Assembly (NCBI RefSeq): GCF_963506605.1
Contig: NC_083277.1
Coordinates: forward strand, 54,312,001 to 54,376,000
Length of the DNA: 64,000 nt
Direction of reading: 5' to 3'
From: Zootoca vivipara
Lineage: Eukaryota
The notes beneath the pieces were generated by a model. The model had not been told where the DNA came from. It worked only from the letters and a program-made list of their open reading frames with translations, and did no database searches. Both the position numbers and the translations under genes were made by a program. This document shows positions 62,073 through 64,000 of the stretch, one piece after another. Numbering within the stretch: position 1 is the first letter of the stretch; each line of letters begins with the position of its first letter.

Positions 62073-63068
62073 ATCTAGAGTATAGATGCATTTTTTATAA
62101 AAAAAAATTATGACAGAAGGGAATCCACACAAGGGAAGAAATGCATAGTTCGGATGTAGCATACAACCTTTACATCTTGATAGATGCTCCCCCTTTGTAC
62201 ACTATATCTGAAGCACAAAAAAGTAGAAGAAGCACAAGGCATTTGTTTGTGCGGCTTTCTGTCAGCAATTCTAATGATGTCTGAACTGCCCCTTTGGGGC
62301 AAAGCTCAGACATCGCTTTGTCTTCTGGCTACCCCAGGCGATCCTACAGCCTAGCTTAGGCATGGGAAAATAGGTCTGCTAAATCATGGGTGTTCCACAA
62401 CCTACTTGTCTTTGTAGGAAGGAACCATATTGCTCTGCAGGATGAGATGTCAATAGATGGCCTCAGACACCAGTTATATTATCTGTGGACCATGTACTAC
62501 ATTCTGATGCCTGTGGATATAGGAAACTGATTGTATTAACAAGGGTGGTCGTTGTGTCACCCTTTCCATCACCCTTCTGTTTCCCTTCAGCTCTTCTGCT
62601 ATAAAACGGAACACAGTCTTTAAAAAAAGATTTCCTCTAAACAGCTATGTCTGAGAAAGAACATACAATATTTGAAAGTTTGCAACCTACTTTGTAGGCA
62701 TAATAGTGCAACTGAAAACGAACTACAGTATGGTTTCCGCTGTGTACTGCAGCTGCCATTTGGAATTTACGTAGGAATGCAACACATATGCATTTCAAGT
62801 TTAATAACATACCTAGACTATGCAACACTTCCACGCTATATAGTACATGCATACTTTGATTTTGCCCTTCACTACATCCATACTTTGATTTTGCCCTTTA
62901 ACTGTTTCTTGTTACAGCATGTCAAGTAAAAAAAATGTAAAGTTCCTGAAGTATGTGCCTTATTATACCAATAAAAAACATACATCTTTTTTCCCAGTTC
63001 TGAACAAGTCTCTTAATTGTTTCCTTCCCTTCATTAACCCTTATATAACTTGTAAGCTTTCCCATTAA

Positions 63069-63415
63069 AGGTAAAGGTAAAGGGACCCCTGACCATTAGG
63101 TCCAGTCATGACCGACTCTGGGGTTGCGCGCTCATCTCGCATTATTGGCCGAGGGAACCGGCGTATAGTTTCCAGGTCATGTGGCCAGCATGACAAAGCC
63201 ACTTCTGGCGAACCAGAGCAGCACACGGAAACGCCGTTTACCTTCCCGCTGTAGCGGTTCCTATTTATCTACTTGCACTTTGATGTGCTTTCGAACTGCT
63301 AGGTTGGCAGGAGCTGGGACCGAGCAACGGGAGCTCACCCCGCCACAGGGATTCAAACCGCTGACCTTCTGATCAGCAAGCCCTAGGCTCAGTGGTTTAA
63401 CCCACAGAGCCACTG
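63069..63415 (-). mobile_element. Sauria SINE
   Basis: Near-identical to 1829-2179 reversed; TSD CCCATTAA. Confidence 0.88.
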
Positions 63416-64000
63416 CCCATTAATAAATTTTCAATTCCCATTCAGTCCTGTTTGGTACCTGAGCCTTTCTCCTATATTTTGCATACCATGATTTTGCAGT
63501 ACATAAGCATATATGACAGAGGTTGCCAACCTCTTTGGACCAGTTGAGCACATATTGAATTTTGAGAGTGCTGAGGGTGCTGTCACATGCATAACACAAA
63601 AAATAGTGTGGACAGCCATTGCTGCTCCCCCATCCCCCAGAATACCTCAAATTTATCATGGGAAGTCAGTGTGGAGTTACAGATCAAGAACCCTGTTTTA
63701 TTCCATGCCAGCCCTAAACCAAAACCTAGGCTGCCATCCTGCACCTACTTACCTGGGAGTTAGCCCCATTAAACACAAGGAGAAATACTTCTGAATAAGA
63801 CATGAACACCATTGTACTTTAAGCTAACTAAACAATTAATACTAAACAAGTGCCTGGACAACAGTTCCTGCACCTACAAAAATGTCTTAAGGTTCATTGC
63901 AATGTTTTGCATTTGCTATTTGAGGAGGGGCTTCTTTAACACCTAGCTTCACTTACTGTGTAGTAATATTTGCAGAAAATAACCTGATCTTGGACAAAAT

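Larger units (their letters stand above)
54386..62295 (+). repeat. Tandem segmental duplication: ~54386-58240 and ~58241-62295 (offset 3854 at the 5' end)
   Basis: Near-identical sequence covering promoter, TAS2R ORF, (TTTC)n tract and L1 fragment; junction CCTTT|GGAGC|GAGGGTAAG. Confidence 0.95.

Noticed and set aside
54386-62295. The tandem duplication as an assembly artefact
   Set aside because: Many substitutions, indels and a copy-specific MITE, plus a defined junction; uncollapsed haplotypes are unlikely but not formally excluded without reads

Overview
Eukaryotic (vertebrate) genomic DNA from a squamate reptile, probably a lizard, judged from Sauria SINEs, CR1 LINEs with (ATTCTATG)n tails and hAT/Tigger MITEs. 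Three parts. (1) 1-13.9 kb: the 5' end of IFRD2 on the minus strand (coding exons 1-2, a 12.3-kb intron 1, a CpG-island promoter and a strong-Kozak uORF). (2) 17.07-33.43 kb: a complete 18-exon MST1/HGFL gene (macrophage-stimulating protein) on the plus strand, hand-spliced to 2103 nt / 700 aa: signal peptide, PAN domain, 4 kringles, R|IVGG site and an inactive protease domain. (3) 35-64 kb: a tandem cluster of intronless bitter-taste receptor (TAS2R) genes, 5 intact plus 1 truncated pseudogene, interleaved with a full-length decayed Tc1 transposon, CR1/L1/Penelope fragments and MITEs. The most interesting signals are a shared TAS2R promoter module with a positionally fixed POU octamer and a second distal octamer block; a recent ~3.85-kb TAS2R duplication whose promoter (including a CpG-rich hAT MITE) is identical between copies while the coding region differs at 17 residues; and the IFRD2 leader uORF. 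All comparisons were made by eye; family assignments rely on recalled sequences and were not searched.
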